17,881 nt of DNA from Thermoproteota archaeon (GCA_029258835.1 JAPDJY010000010.1:1-17881), one strand, 5' to 3'; positions 1-7,223 are shown, counted from the first letter of the stretch. Made by a program: numbers and translations. Notes: a model not told the origin generated them from the sequence alone.

Positions 1-214
1 CCCCCTCCAAGCGTACCATGAGTGCCGTGAGATCAAGGGTTGCAACAAAGGACTGCGGGTCTCTTACTACACGCATAGCCTCAGAGAGTTCAGAGAGATT
101 AGAGGCATAGGACCTCCCTGAGAAAAGTAAGAGATTTAGAATCACTATAAAGCCATCATTTCTTTTTAACGACCTCTTCTGATTCAGATTTTCATCAAAA
201 GCCAGGTATTGTAG

Positions 215-763
215 TTAAATAGCCTTGAGAGCACAGCTTCCGAAGGGACTAAGATTTGGTGGAGGAGGACAACCTAGCTCTTTCATGAGATCATTCAGAT
301 CCACCAGCCTTATCCCGTTGTCTTCCTCGAACTCAAAGCCTGACCTAGAGTAGATAAAGTAGAACTCCTCTCTGCTCCCGATTCTCCACCTGAACTCGCT
401 TGCTTTCCTAATTAGATCATTTAAAACACTTCTTTTCAAAGGCTTATTTGTCCACTTGGCCTCCATGAAGTAGGCTCTTCCTCTAACCTCGTCTATAGCT
501 ATCCCGTCGAGCTCTACGTCCCTGCTCCACCACATCCCAACCCGAGAGGCTCCAAGTCTAACGACTTCCCTTGAGAAGTGCTCCATTGCGACATCCTCAA
601 ACGCTAAGGAGGCATGCTCGTCAATCTGCATTCTGACAACCTCCAAAACCCTCTTCTTTTTCCCCATCTCAAGTAGAGTGAGGTGAGGCCTGACGAACTT
701 GAACCAGAAGACTAGGACGCCGAGGAGCGTCGAAAAAATAAAGAGGGTTTCGAGGTCGATCAC
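215..763 (-). pseudogene. 5'-truncated/chimeric archaeal ATPase gene: DUF234 plus C-terminal PD-(D/E)xK nuclease-like domain; first ~18 codons appear element-derived
   Basis: FWFKFVRP..LEMG, AFE, G.WWS.DVELD.IAI and F.EAKW.NKP motifs are typical of the C-terminus of archaeal DUF234 ATPases. The N-terminal P-loop ATPase domain is missing and replaced by MIDLETLFIFSTLLGVLV. GC and CpG content rise near 700-712. Confidence 0.75.
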
Positions 764-1107
764 CGGCGACCACCCCGTTTGCCCTTCGCTGAGTACTTCT
801 CGCGGTAGATCCTGAACGCACGCTCGGCCGCTCTGTCGTAGACTTTCGCGACGCTGCGGAGGCGCTTCTTTGTCTTGGACTTGAGGCCGCGCTTTTTCGC
901 CGCTGCTTTAGCGCCGTTCGCGGCGTTCTGGAGGGCCCTGGCGATCGCCAATGCACGTTTCTGGCCTATCTTGAGTTTACCTATGTGGCCGCGCTCGAGG
1001 GCCGAGAGGAGCCGCTTCGCTGCCTCCCTGGCCGCCTTCGTCGACTCCCACGTAATTATGTCGCCTAGCCAGTCGTGCTTCGGCTCGTGGAACAGGCTGC
1101 GCGCCAC
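760..1107 (-). CDS. Highly basic K/R/A-rich protein, candidate genome-binding/core protein
   Basis: 115 aa with K/R/A-rich helical segments (AKAAAKKRGLKSKTKKRLR). Lies in the structural operon; stop overlaps the next start. Confidence 0.7.
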   Translation of the reverse strand: MARSLFHEPKHDWLGDIITWESTKAAREAAKRLLSALERGHIGKLKIGQKRALAIARALQNAANGAKAAAKKRGLKSKTKKRLRSVAKVYDRAAERAFRIYREKYSAKGKRGGRR

Positions 1108-1120
1108 CGCGACTCACCCG

Positions 1121-1516
1121 CTAGATGCCAGGGAGGATCGACTTCACCGCATACCAGATGACCAAGACGAAGACGACGAACACGCCGCCGAGGATCACCG
1201 GACTGAGGAAGGCAAAGGGTCCGAGAACGTCGCGGAGCGTGCTGAGCGCTACGTCCCACGACTGCATTAGGACGCGGACCGGGTACGTCATCGCTTCGAA
1301 CAGCGACTTGCCGAGGTCGCTGAGGGAGGTCCCTATCGTGTCGATCACGCCTTGGATTGCCCCGAGAACCGCGTCAACTATCGGCTTCAGGATGTTCTCC
1401 CAGAACCACTCCCACGCCTCCTTGAGTCCGCCGAATATGTCGCCGATTATGTCGCACCTGAGCGCTCTGAACGCCTTGGTGAGCGCCAAGCAAAAAATTA
1501 GGGGGTGGAGATCCAT
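1121..1516 (-). CDS. Small membrane protein, paralog of 17041-17418
   Basis: ATG at 1516 after a GGTGA RBS. Amphipathic helices plus C-terminal TM. Shares FGG..W.W.WEN.LKP and VLGPFAFL.P...K..LP.I with 17041-17418. Confidence 0.8.
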   Translation of the reverse strand: MDLHPLIFCLALTKAFRALRCDIIGDIFGGLKEAWEWFWENILKPIVDAVLGAIQGVIDTIGTSLSDLGKSLFEAMTYPVRVLMQSWDVALSTLRDVLGPFAFLSPVILGGVFVVFVLVIWYAVKSILPGI

Positions 1517-1521
1517 AGTGC

Positions 1522-2313
1522 TCACCACGGCAGCGACAGCTTGCCCTTCCTCTCCGAGATCGCTACGGCTAAGAAGACTACCGCGAGAGCGCCGATGATC
1601 GTCAGGAGAGCGCTGTTGGTCGTCACCGCGAGGAAGGCGCTAGTGAGGGCGGTCGTTATCGCGCTGAGTATCTTCCTGATCGCGAGGACCAGCGCCATGC
1701 CTATGCTGATGAAGAAGCCCCAGATCGTCGACGTCTCGGCGGTGACGGTCGAGTAGAACTCGATCTCCTGCACCGTGGCGCCCAGCGCGTCGACGAGGCT
1801 ACCGCTCTCATCGTAGAACTTGATCACGAACTTCGCGGTGGCCAAGTCGTCGAGGGACTTGAGGTCGTCGGGGTCGACGTCGAGAGCGGCGGCCTTAGAC
1901 TCCTCCTTGATTGCGCCCAGGTAGACGTCTACGGTCCCGTCGGTAGCGTAGACCTTCGCCAGCTCCCACACCGCGACGTCGTTGATCTCGCTGAGGTCGA
2001 CGTGCAGCGTGTTGAACGAGCCCTTGACGTCGGACCACTTGTCCTTCAGCGGGATCTCGACCGTGCTGCACGCGGCCCCCGGCGTAAACTCGAGCGTGCG
2101 GCCGTCCGTGGCCACGTTTGTCACATTAGCATCCACGCCCGTGCTGGTCAAGCACTTGAAAGCGGTCGTGTCGACGCGCTCAGCGTCGAAAACGGGCATG
2201 CCGAGCGCTAGGTAGGCTCCGGCGAACATCGCTATCGCGAGGACTAGGATGGCTCCGAGCGCTGCGAGCCTCTTGTTTACCCTCTGCGCCGTCGAGCGCG
2301 TCCTGCGACCCAT
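1522..2313 (-). CDS. Membrane protein (N-terminal TM/signal, acidic beta-rich ectodomain, two C-terminal hydrophobic helices); candidate major envelope/coat protein
   Basis: 263 aa; basic N-terminus followed by a hydrophobic stretch; two hydrophobic C-terminal segments. First gene of the putative late operon; GGAGG upstream. Confidence 0.75.
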   Translation of the reverse strand: MGRRTRSTAQRVNKRLAALGAILVLAIAMFAGAYLALGMPVFDAERVDTTAFKCLTSTGVDANVTNVATDGRTLEFTPGAACSTVEIPLKDKWSDVKGSFNTLHVDLSEINDVAVWELAKVYATDGTVDVYLGAIKEESKAAALDVDPDDLKSLDDLATAKFVIKFYDESGSLVDALGATVQEIEFYSTVTAETSTIWGFFISIGMALVLAIRKILSAITTALTSAFLAVTTNSALLTIIGALAVVFLAVAISERKGKLSLPW

Positions 2314-2331
2314 AACTAAACTTTTCCCTCC

Positions 2332-2347
2332 GACAACTCAAGTTGTA
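2332..2347. promoter_or_regulatory. Palindromic operator-like site GACAACT-CA-AGTTGTA
   Basis: Inverted repeat ACAACT/AGTTGT with 2-nt spacer. A near-identical site lies at 9063-9078 and an extra half-site AGTTGTAGA at 2373-2381. Confidence 0.5.
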
Positions 2348-2357
2348 GACAGACTAG

Positions 2358-2651
2358 TTAACGGGAAACGGGAGTTGTAGATGCCTTCCGGGCCAAAAAG
2401 AGCCAAGCTCGCCTCTTTTTGCCTCGCCGAGTAGAATTGCGAACCATAACAATAAACAACGCAGCGTGAAGGGGGTCGTGGATGTTGTTCATCGCGTGGT
2501 TCCTCAATCCCGCCTCGGTCGTGAACTTACGGCCGCACACGCACTCCCGATTGACGATATAATACAAGAAATGTTCCCGGAAGTGAGATGCGGCCCGGCC
2601 GTAGGTATTAACTCCCTCAAAGACTTTGCCGCAGCAAGGGCAGACTATCAA
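2358..2651 (-). CDS. Double C2H2-type zinc-finger protein
   Basis: CPCCGKVF...SHFREH and CVCGRKF...LRNHAMNNIH motifs plus a basic tail; this protein type is common in crenarchaeal viruses. Confidence 0.8.
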   Translation of the reverse strand: MIVCPCCGKVFEGVNTYGRAASHFREHFLYYIVNRECVCGRKFTTEAGLRNHAMNNIHDPLHAALFIVMVRNSTRRGKKRRAWLFLARKASTTPVSR

Positions 2652-2655
2652 ACTC

Positions 2656-2877
2656 TCACCCTGTGGGCTCGCCAGAATGTCGGGACATCATCCCCCTCGG
2701 GTCAGATCGGCTTCCTCGCTCATCGCCCCTCCGGCCAGCACTAGGAGCAGCGCCACGCGAGGGTTCCCACCCCTCGCAGACTTCGTAGTTCCTAACGAGG
2801 TCGCGAATGCGAGCACAGATGCCGACGACGGCGCCGATTAGCTTAAAGTAGCGGCAAGTTGCGCAAGCACGTCTCAC
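2656..2877 (-). CDS. Small four-Cys metal-binding protein
   Basis: GTG at 2877 overlaps the upstream stop (GTGA); CATCRYF...GIC...VCEGWEP. Confidence 0.65.
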   Translation of the reverse strand: MRRACATCRYFKLIGAVVGICARIRDLVRNYEVCEGWEPSRGAAPSAGRRGDERGSRSDPRGMMSRHSGEPTG

Positions 2878-3437
2878 TTCTTCCCACCCCAGCACCTCTC
2901 GCACAGCCAAAAGCCGCGAGAGACATCGTAGAACTTAGCTGGCCGCCCGCAGCGCTCGCAGGGAGGCAAGGATCGGTCGACTTTCTCTACCTTCTTCGGT
3001 TTCCTCCTCAGACGGACGACGTAGTGCGTGACCTGGGCGCGGATCGGGATCTCGGAAGGAAGGCCGCCAGTCAGCTTGCCAGCAACGATCCTGCCGCCGA
3101 CGATGAAAGAGTTCAGCATGGAGAGAGCGAGGTCCACGTAGTCGCACTGCGTCATGCCTATCTGCTGCCTCAAGCGCTCCATGGCGAGGTAGTTCTCGGT
3201 CGTTATCGGGACGGAGACCTTCTTGCGGAGACCCTGCCTCAGTTCCTCGCGGATCGAGCGGGAGCGGTTCGAAATTTGAACCTTTGAGGGTGGATGGTCA
3301 CACCCCGATGGAGTGACCAGATTCTCCGACGATGAAGGAGCAAAAAATTGGGGGGAGGGGGTAGGGGTCTCCCTGGGCCTCCGCGAGAACTTTGCTAGGA
3401 TGCGGTCCTTGAGGGCGCTGAAGAGCCTCCTGATCAC
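2874..3437 (-). CDS. Hypothetical protein with RHH-like central segment and C-terminal CxxC...CxxC zinc finger
   Basis: RKKVSVPITTENYLAMERLRQQIGMTQCDYVDLAL has a strand-helix-helix pattern; CERCGRP...WLCERCW. Confidence 0.7.
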   Translation of the reverse strand: MIRRLFSALKDRILAKFSRRPRETPTPSPQFFAPSSSENLVTPSGCDHPPSKVQISNRSRSIREELRQGLRKKVSVPITTENYLAMERLRQQIGMTQCDYVDLALSMLNSFIVGGRIVAGKLTGGLPSEIPIRAQVTHYVVRLRRKPKKVEKVDRSLPPCERCGRPAKFYDVSRGFWLCERCWGGKK

Positions 3438-3622
3438 GGCGCTCCCTCCTTAGCCAACTTCTCGGCGACGGGCGGCGGGAGGAACTCCAAGGCCGTCTCC
3501 TTTATCGCCTCGAACACGATCGAGAAGTACTCGCAGGGGACTTTACACTCCCTGGCGCGGTCGCACTTAGCGCATAGTTCCTCCCTGACCTTCCTTGCCA
3601 CGATCTCGTCCAACTTACTCAC
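3434..3622 (-). CDS. Small Cys-rich protein
   Basis: GTG at 3622 overlaps the upstream stop; LCAKCDRARECKVPC. Confidence 0.6.
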   Translation of the reverse strand: MSKLDEIVARKVREELCAKCDRARECKVPCEYFSIVFEAIKETALEFLPPPVAEKLAKEGAP

Positions 3623-3951
3623 GGTCTCTCCCACCACGCCCTGCGGAACGTCTTGACTCGGACATCGAAACCGAGCGCCCTCAGCGCCTCGATCAACCTC
3701 TGAGTCTTCCACAGCGGCGGCTCGGGGAGCTTGCAGTTCCAGTTGTCGTAGCCGACCCACACGACCTCGGGGCTGACGCTCGCGACGAGACGGATCATCT
3801 CGTCTAAGTCGAAGTCTAGGATCGGCTCGACGATCCCGCGACGTTTGACGTCCAACACGAGCGGGTCGTCGGGTTCAGGGAGGGAGAGGCGCCACTTCGC
3901 GATCGCTGGGTGCGGGACGAGGTCCTCCACCCTGGCGGTCGGGTAGCTCAT
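3619..3951 (-). CDS. Apparent fusion of a ParB/Srx-like N-terminal fragment and a Gp37/Gp68 (DUF5131) radical-SAM-like C-terminal fragment
   Basis: VEDLVPHP...LVLDVKRRGIVEPIL resembles the ParB N-domain. EPILDFDL...PEVVWVGYD...LPEP...LIEALR resembles the DUF5131-like C-terminus. No CxxxCxxC motif. Confidence 0.55.
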   Translation of the reverse strand: MSYPTARVEDLVPHPAIAKWRLSLPEPDDPLVLDVKRRGIVEPILDFDLDEMIRLVASVSPEVVWVGYDNWNCKLPEPPLWKTQRLIEALRALGFDVRVKTFRRAWWERP

Positions 3952-3958
3952 AACCTCC

Positions 3959-4300
3959 TCACCTCGGCCGGACGGCCAAGAGATCCTTCTCGATCGAGCG
4001 GACGACGAGGACGAGGAGGTCCTTGGCGTTTGCGCCAGTGGCCATGCCTACGGCCTTGAGGATGTTCTTTACGATGTCCAAGGCCTGCGTGAAGTCAACA
4101 TGAACATGCGCGATCGGCCTCGAGTTCTTCGGGTTCTCCTTGCAGTAGGCGTCGTAGACGAGCATTATCGGCCCGTAGCGGTAATCGTAGGGGTCGGTGT
4201 AGAGCTGAACCCTAAAGCGAGGCTGGATCTCGGGACGGTAGCCGGCCTGGCGGACATCGGTGTAGCCGACCTCGAGAACCTTTTCCTTGTCGAAACTCAC
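3959..4300 (-). CDS. Hypothetical protein
   Basis: GTG at 4300 overlaps the upstream stop; codon usage matches the operon. Confidence 0.65.
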   Translation of the reverse strand: MSFDKEKVLEVGYTDVRQAGYRPEIQPRFRVQLYTDPYDYRYGPIMLVYDAYCKENPKNSRPIAHVHVDFTQALDIVKNILKAVGMATGANAKDLLVLVVRSIEKDLLAVRPR

Positions 4301-4572
4301 GGACCCCTCACCTCCACGTAGGGCGACTTGCACTTCGGGCAGCTCTTAGTCTCGAGAGCGGACTCGAGGTTGCGGCAGTAGGCCGTGACCTCGCCGCAGT
4401 CGCGGCAAAATACGCGCCACGGGAAATACGCCGAGATGTTGACTCTAGGTACCGATGACCAGTATCGCTCGGTCAGTTTGTCGCTACTGGAAATTTTAGC
4501 GTTTGCGGTACTCACGAGCCGCGCGTCGAGGAGAGATTTATGAAAGTATTCCCTGACTACCTCTTGGCTCAC
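4297..4572 (-). CDS. Zinc-ribbon protein
   Basis: FCRDCGE...SCPKCKS; coupled start/stop overlaps. Confidence 0.7.
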   Translation of the reverse strand: MSQEVVREYFHKSLLDARLVSTANAKISSSDKLTERYWSSVPRVNISAYFPWRVFCRDCGEVTAYCRNLESALETKSCPKCKSPYVEVRGP

Positions 4573-4871
4573 GGGGGCTCACCTAGCGCCGGTCTTTGAG
4601 GGGGGTCGCCGCAGGGCGGGCTCCCGTGGGCCTTCCTACGGGCCTTGAGGATCTGGTTGAAGTACGTGACCTCGAAGTGGCCAAAGCAACCGTAGCAGAT
4701 GACGATTATGCACTTCTTGCGGTGCTCGAGGAAGCCGTGGATCTGCGCGGCCCGCTTCTCCTCTTTCGACCACTGGCGGCCGCACTCCTCGCAGATGCAG
4801 ATAAAGTCGTCGTGGGGGCAAGCGTCGATCTCAGCTTGGTGGCGGGCAATTAATTCGGCCCTAGCGCTCAT
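4569..4871 (-). CDS. Cys/His-rich zinc-binding protein
   Basis: ATG at 4871 in an ATGA overlap; CPH...CICEECGRQW...H...C...CYGC. Confidence 0.65.
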   Translation of the reverse strand: MSARAELIARHQAEIDACPHDDFICICEECGRQWSKEEKRAAQIHGFLEHRKKCIIVICYGCFGHFEVTYFNQILKARRKAHGSPPCGDPPQRPALGEPP

Positions 4872-5104
4872 CGTCCGTACACCTCGCTCAAGACCTCGGT
4901 GATCCATTCCTCGCTGAGGGCTACCATGTGAACAACGACGTTGAACGCCATGCAGTAGCCCTCTCCCTTCTCCTCGCCGACCTTATTACACTCCTCTCTG
5001 AGCCAGCAGTGCTGGCAGATGATGTCGGCTAGGACATCCATGTAGAATTCCCTCGCTTGCTGGTATTCTTCCTCGCTTACCGTAGGCCGCTCTTCGGCGC
5101 TCAT
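4868..5104 (-). CDS. Small acidic Cys-rich protein
   Basis: ICQHCWLREEC...YC; ATGA overlaps at both ends. Confidence 0.65.
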   Translation of the reverse strand: MSAEERPTVSEEEYQQAREFYMDVLADIICQHCWLREECNKVGEEKGEGYCMAFNVVVHMVALSEEWITEVLSEVYGR

Positions 5105-5328
5105 ATTCTCACCACTCTCTCAGGAACCTCCCACCAGCTCTCGACTAGAGCGGTGTGGCCGCACTCGAAGGCCGCGAGCCAGCCCTCGAAAAACCTGTTC
5201 TTGCCGACCTCGCCGATGCGCCTGGTCTTATTGCAGTAGGGACATTTGGCGACCCTGACGCGGCCGGGCTTCGGAGGCGGGAGGAGTTCGTCGACCGGCG
5301 TCCCGTAGAGCTTGCCCTTGAGCGCCAT
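5101..5328 (-). CDS. Zinc-ribbon protein
   Basis: KCPYCNK...FECGHT. Confidence 0.7.
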   Translation of the reverse strand: MALKGKLYGTPVDELLPPPKPGRVRVAKCPYCNKTRRIGEVGKNRFFEGWLAAFECGHTALVESWWEVPERVVRI

Positions 5329-5329
5329 C

Positions 5330-5485
5330 TCAGCTATTCGCCTCCCTCAGCAGCGTGACGAGTTTGATGAAACTCTCCGCGCAACTCTCGCACACATATT
5401 TGACGATGGGCAAGTCACCGCGCTTGTGAACAACCACGACGTTCGGGATAGTGGCAATCTCCTTTCCGCACAGCTCGCATATCAT
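5330..5485 (-). CDS. 51-aa zinc-finger microprotein (absent from the ORF track)
   Basis: Translated by hand: MICELCGKEIATIPNVVVVHKRGDLPIVKYVCESCAESFIKLVTLLREANS. ATGA overlap with 5482-5814; fills the operon gap exactly. Confidence 0.75.
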   Translation of the reverse strand: MICELCGKEIATIPNVVVVHKRGDLPIVKYVCESCAESFIKLVTLLREANS

Positions 5486-5814
5486 CGACCAGCCACCTCC
5501 TTGACAGCCCTCACGACGTCCTCAATGGCGCGCTCCTTTTCGCGGTAGGCTATGCTTTCCAGCGCGCCGATCAGACCATTGATGATCTCGCGGTAAACGC
5601 CGAGTACCGGCCTCAGCTTGAGTTCGACGACCTCGTGCAGAAACGTGTCCCACGCACCTTCCTCGTCGGTGTCGAAGATTACGATCGTGCGGCCCTTGAC
5701 GTACCCGCGCCTCTCCGCGCTCGGGTCGGGGCTCCAGACGACCTCGTATCCTTCGAGGCCGAGGCGCCGAAGGGCCTCCCTCATCTTACTTTCAGTCTTC
5801 GCGAGAGCCGCCAT
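5482..5814 (-). CDS. Zincin/metallopeptidase-like small protein with degenerate HExxE motif
   Basis: RGYVKGRTIVI...DTFLHEVVE follows the zincin strand-helix layout, but the second His is replaced by Glu. Confidence 0.55.
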   Translation of the reverse strand: MAALAKTESKMREALRRLGLEGYEVVWSPDPSAERRGYVKGRTIVIFDTDEEGAWDTFLHEVVELKLRPVLGVYREIINGLIGALESIAYREKERAIEDVVRAVKEVAGR

Positions 5815-5823
5815 CTCACTTCC

Positions 5824-6000
5824 TCACCGGGGTAGCGGGGTCTCAGCGATTAGACCCAACTCCTTTGCACGACGCTCGATGAGGTACTCGACCTCCTTCG
5901 AGACTGAGCGCTTCTCGATCTCCGACAGTTGCTTGAGAAGCCGGTGGTAGGTCACGGAGACCTTAATGGTAGTCTTTTTGGAGTTGCTACTACTAACCAT
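5824..6000 (-). CDS. Ribbon-helix-helix transcriptional regulator
   Basis: KTTIKVSVTYHRLLKQLSEIEKRSVSKEVEYLI. ATG at 6000 lies ~28 nt below a TTTAAATA box. Confidence 0.8.
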   Translation of the reverse strand: MVSSSNSKKTTIKVSVTYHRLLKQLSEIEKRSVSKEVEYLIERRAKELGLIAETPLPR

Positions 6001-6027
6001 GTTCACTTATGACTAAAAATGACTACC

Positions 6028-6041
6028 TATTTAAACCTTTT
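6028..6041 (-). promoter_or_regulatory. Archaeal BRE/TATA promoter for the leftward early operon
   Basis: Minus strand reads AAAAGG-TTTAAATA, 28-35 nt upstream of ATG 6000. Confidence 0.65.
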
Positions 6042-6139
6042 GCACCCGAGCGCTCTCGGCTTCCTTAAACGCCTAATGGAAGTCACTTTAAACGTTGAAG
6101 GTAGAGATTTTAGGTAATGGTATCCATTTCTTACCCAGA

Positions 6140-6517
6140 ATGACTACCAAATACGTCACAGTGAAACTACCCAAAGACTTGGCCGACCTCATCGACGAGA
6201 TGCTGGAGAGTAAGTACGCGAAGATGCTCGGTTACACATCGCGTGTGGACATCATACGCGAGGGAATCAAGAGACTACACGACGAGTTCACACATCGAGC
6301 CCTAGTGCACCTGAATACCTTCGAGGATCACTTGGAGATCCTAGACTTCACGGGCGGTCTTCACCGCATAGCGCGGGTGTTCCTGAAAAAGACGGATAAG
6401 GGTGTCAGACTATATTGCGACGTATGCGAAGCATTCCGTTGTCTTCACGTCGAGTTCGCCCGCTCCTTAGAGGATGTGAGGAAACTGAAAGTGACATTCT
6501 TCGAGGAAGAAGGTTAG
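6140..6517 (+). CDS. RHH (CopG/Arc/MetJ) regulator with C-terminal CxxC..CxH zinc-binding domain
   Basis: YVTVKLPKDLADLIDEML...GYTSRVDIIREGI; LYCDVCEAFRCLHVEF. ATG 6140 is preferred over TTG 6095. Confidence 0.8.
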   Translation: MTTKYVTVKLPKDLADLIDEMLESKYAKMLGYTSRVDIIREGIKRLHDEFTHRALVHLNTFEDHLEILDFTGGLHRIARVFLKKTDKGVRLYCDVCEAFRCLHVEFARSLEDVRKLKVTFFEEEG

Positions 6518-6539
6518 AACTCTCCATGCATGTTTATGC

Positions 6540-6547
6540 TTAAATAA
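6540..6547 (+). promoter_or_regulatory. TATA box for a leaderless Zn-ribbon/RAMP/array transcript
   Basis: TTAAATAA lies 25-32 nt upstream of ATG 6572. Confidence 0.55.
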
Positions 6548-6571
6548 CTCCTCCTACTACTACTCCTATTG

Positions 6572-6700
6572 ATGGTCAAGGTCAAGTGCCACAAGTGCGG
6601 GTACGAGTGGGATTACAAAGGAAGATTGGCAACAGCGACATGCCCTAATTGCAAGTCATCTGTGAGGGTGAGAAAATGGAAGTCTACAGGGTCAAGATAA
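6572..6700 (+). CDS. 42-aa zinc-ribbon microprotein (absent from the ORF track)
   Basis: MVKVKCHKCGYEWDYKGRLATATCPNCKSSVRVRKWKSTGSR; CxxC...CxxC; overlaps the RAMP gene start. Confidence 0.8.
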   Translation: MVKVKCHKCGYEWDYKGRLATATCPNCKSSVRVRKWKSTGSR

Positions 6701-7215
6701 GGGGGACTAGGCCACTCCTCATGCACGCGCCTACCGAGATCGGGGACAAACCCACCCGGCGGAGGGGCGAGCACCTCCCGCCGGAGAAGGAGGCGGAAAT
6801 GTACCTGTACAAGGACGAAGAAGGGCGCATCGTCATCCCAGCGGTCAACATCAAGGCTTGTATACGCGACGCTGGACGGAACTACAAGGTTCGCGGGCGG
6901 AGGACGACCTTCGCGGCTATGATAAGGGCGGGGATAGATATCAGGCCATATCCTTACGTTCCCTTGAAGCACAAAGGCTGGGCCGTAGACTCTAGGCCCG
7001 TCGTCGTGCAGAGACAGCGGATCATCCGCAACCGCCCGCGCTTCGACGAGTGGGAGCTAGAGTTCACGATAGTGAACAAGGATCCGACGGTGATCCACGC
7101 GGACACGCTCAAAAGGATCCTCGAGGATGCAGGCAAGTGGTACGGTCTCGGCGACTTCAGGCCGGAGTTCGGCTTGTTCGAGGTCGTCGAGTTCAAAATA
7201 AAGCAGGAGATCTAA
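6676..7215 (+). CDS. Stand-alone Cas7/RAMP-superfamily-like protein
   Basis: 179 aa from ATG 6676 (GAGGGTGA RBS). RAMP hallmarks in order: YRVKIRGTRPLLMH (beta1), IVIPAVNIKACIRDA (P..S.KG..R-equivalent helix), RPRFDEWELEFTI, and the C-terminal Gly-rich loop GKWYGLGDFRPEFGLFEV. Confidence 0.8.
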   Translation: MEVYRVKIRGTRPLLMHAPTEIGDKPTRRRGEHLPPEKEAEMYLYKDEEGRIVIPAVNIKACIRDAGRNYKVRGRRTTFAAMIRAGIDIRPYPYVPLKHKGWAVDSRPVVVQRQRIIRNRPRFDEWELEFTIVNKDPTVIHADTLKRILEDAGKWYGLGDFRPEFGLFEVVEFKIKQEI

Positions 7216-7223
7216 TACTTTCC

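Noticed and set aside
1-214. Possible partial host ORF or tRNA att site at the left edge
   Set aside because: Short open frames on both strands without recognisable motifs; no tRNA cloverleaf seen here or elsewhere in the window.
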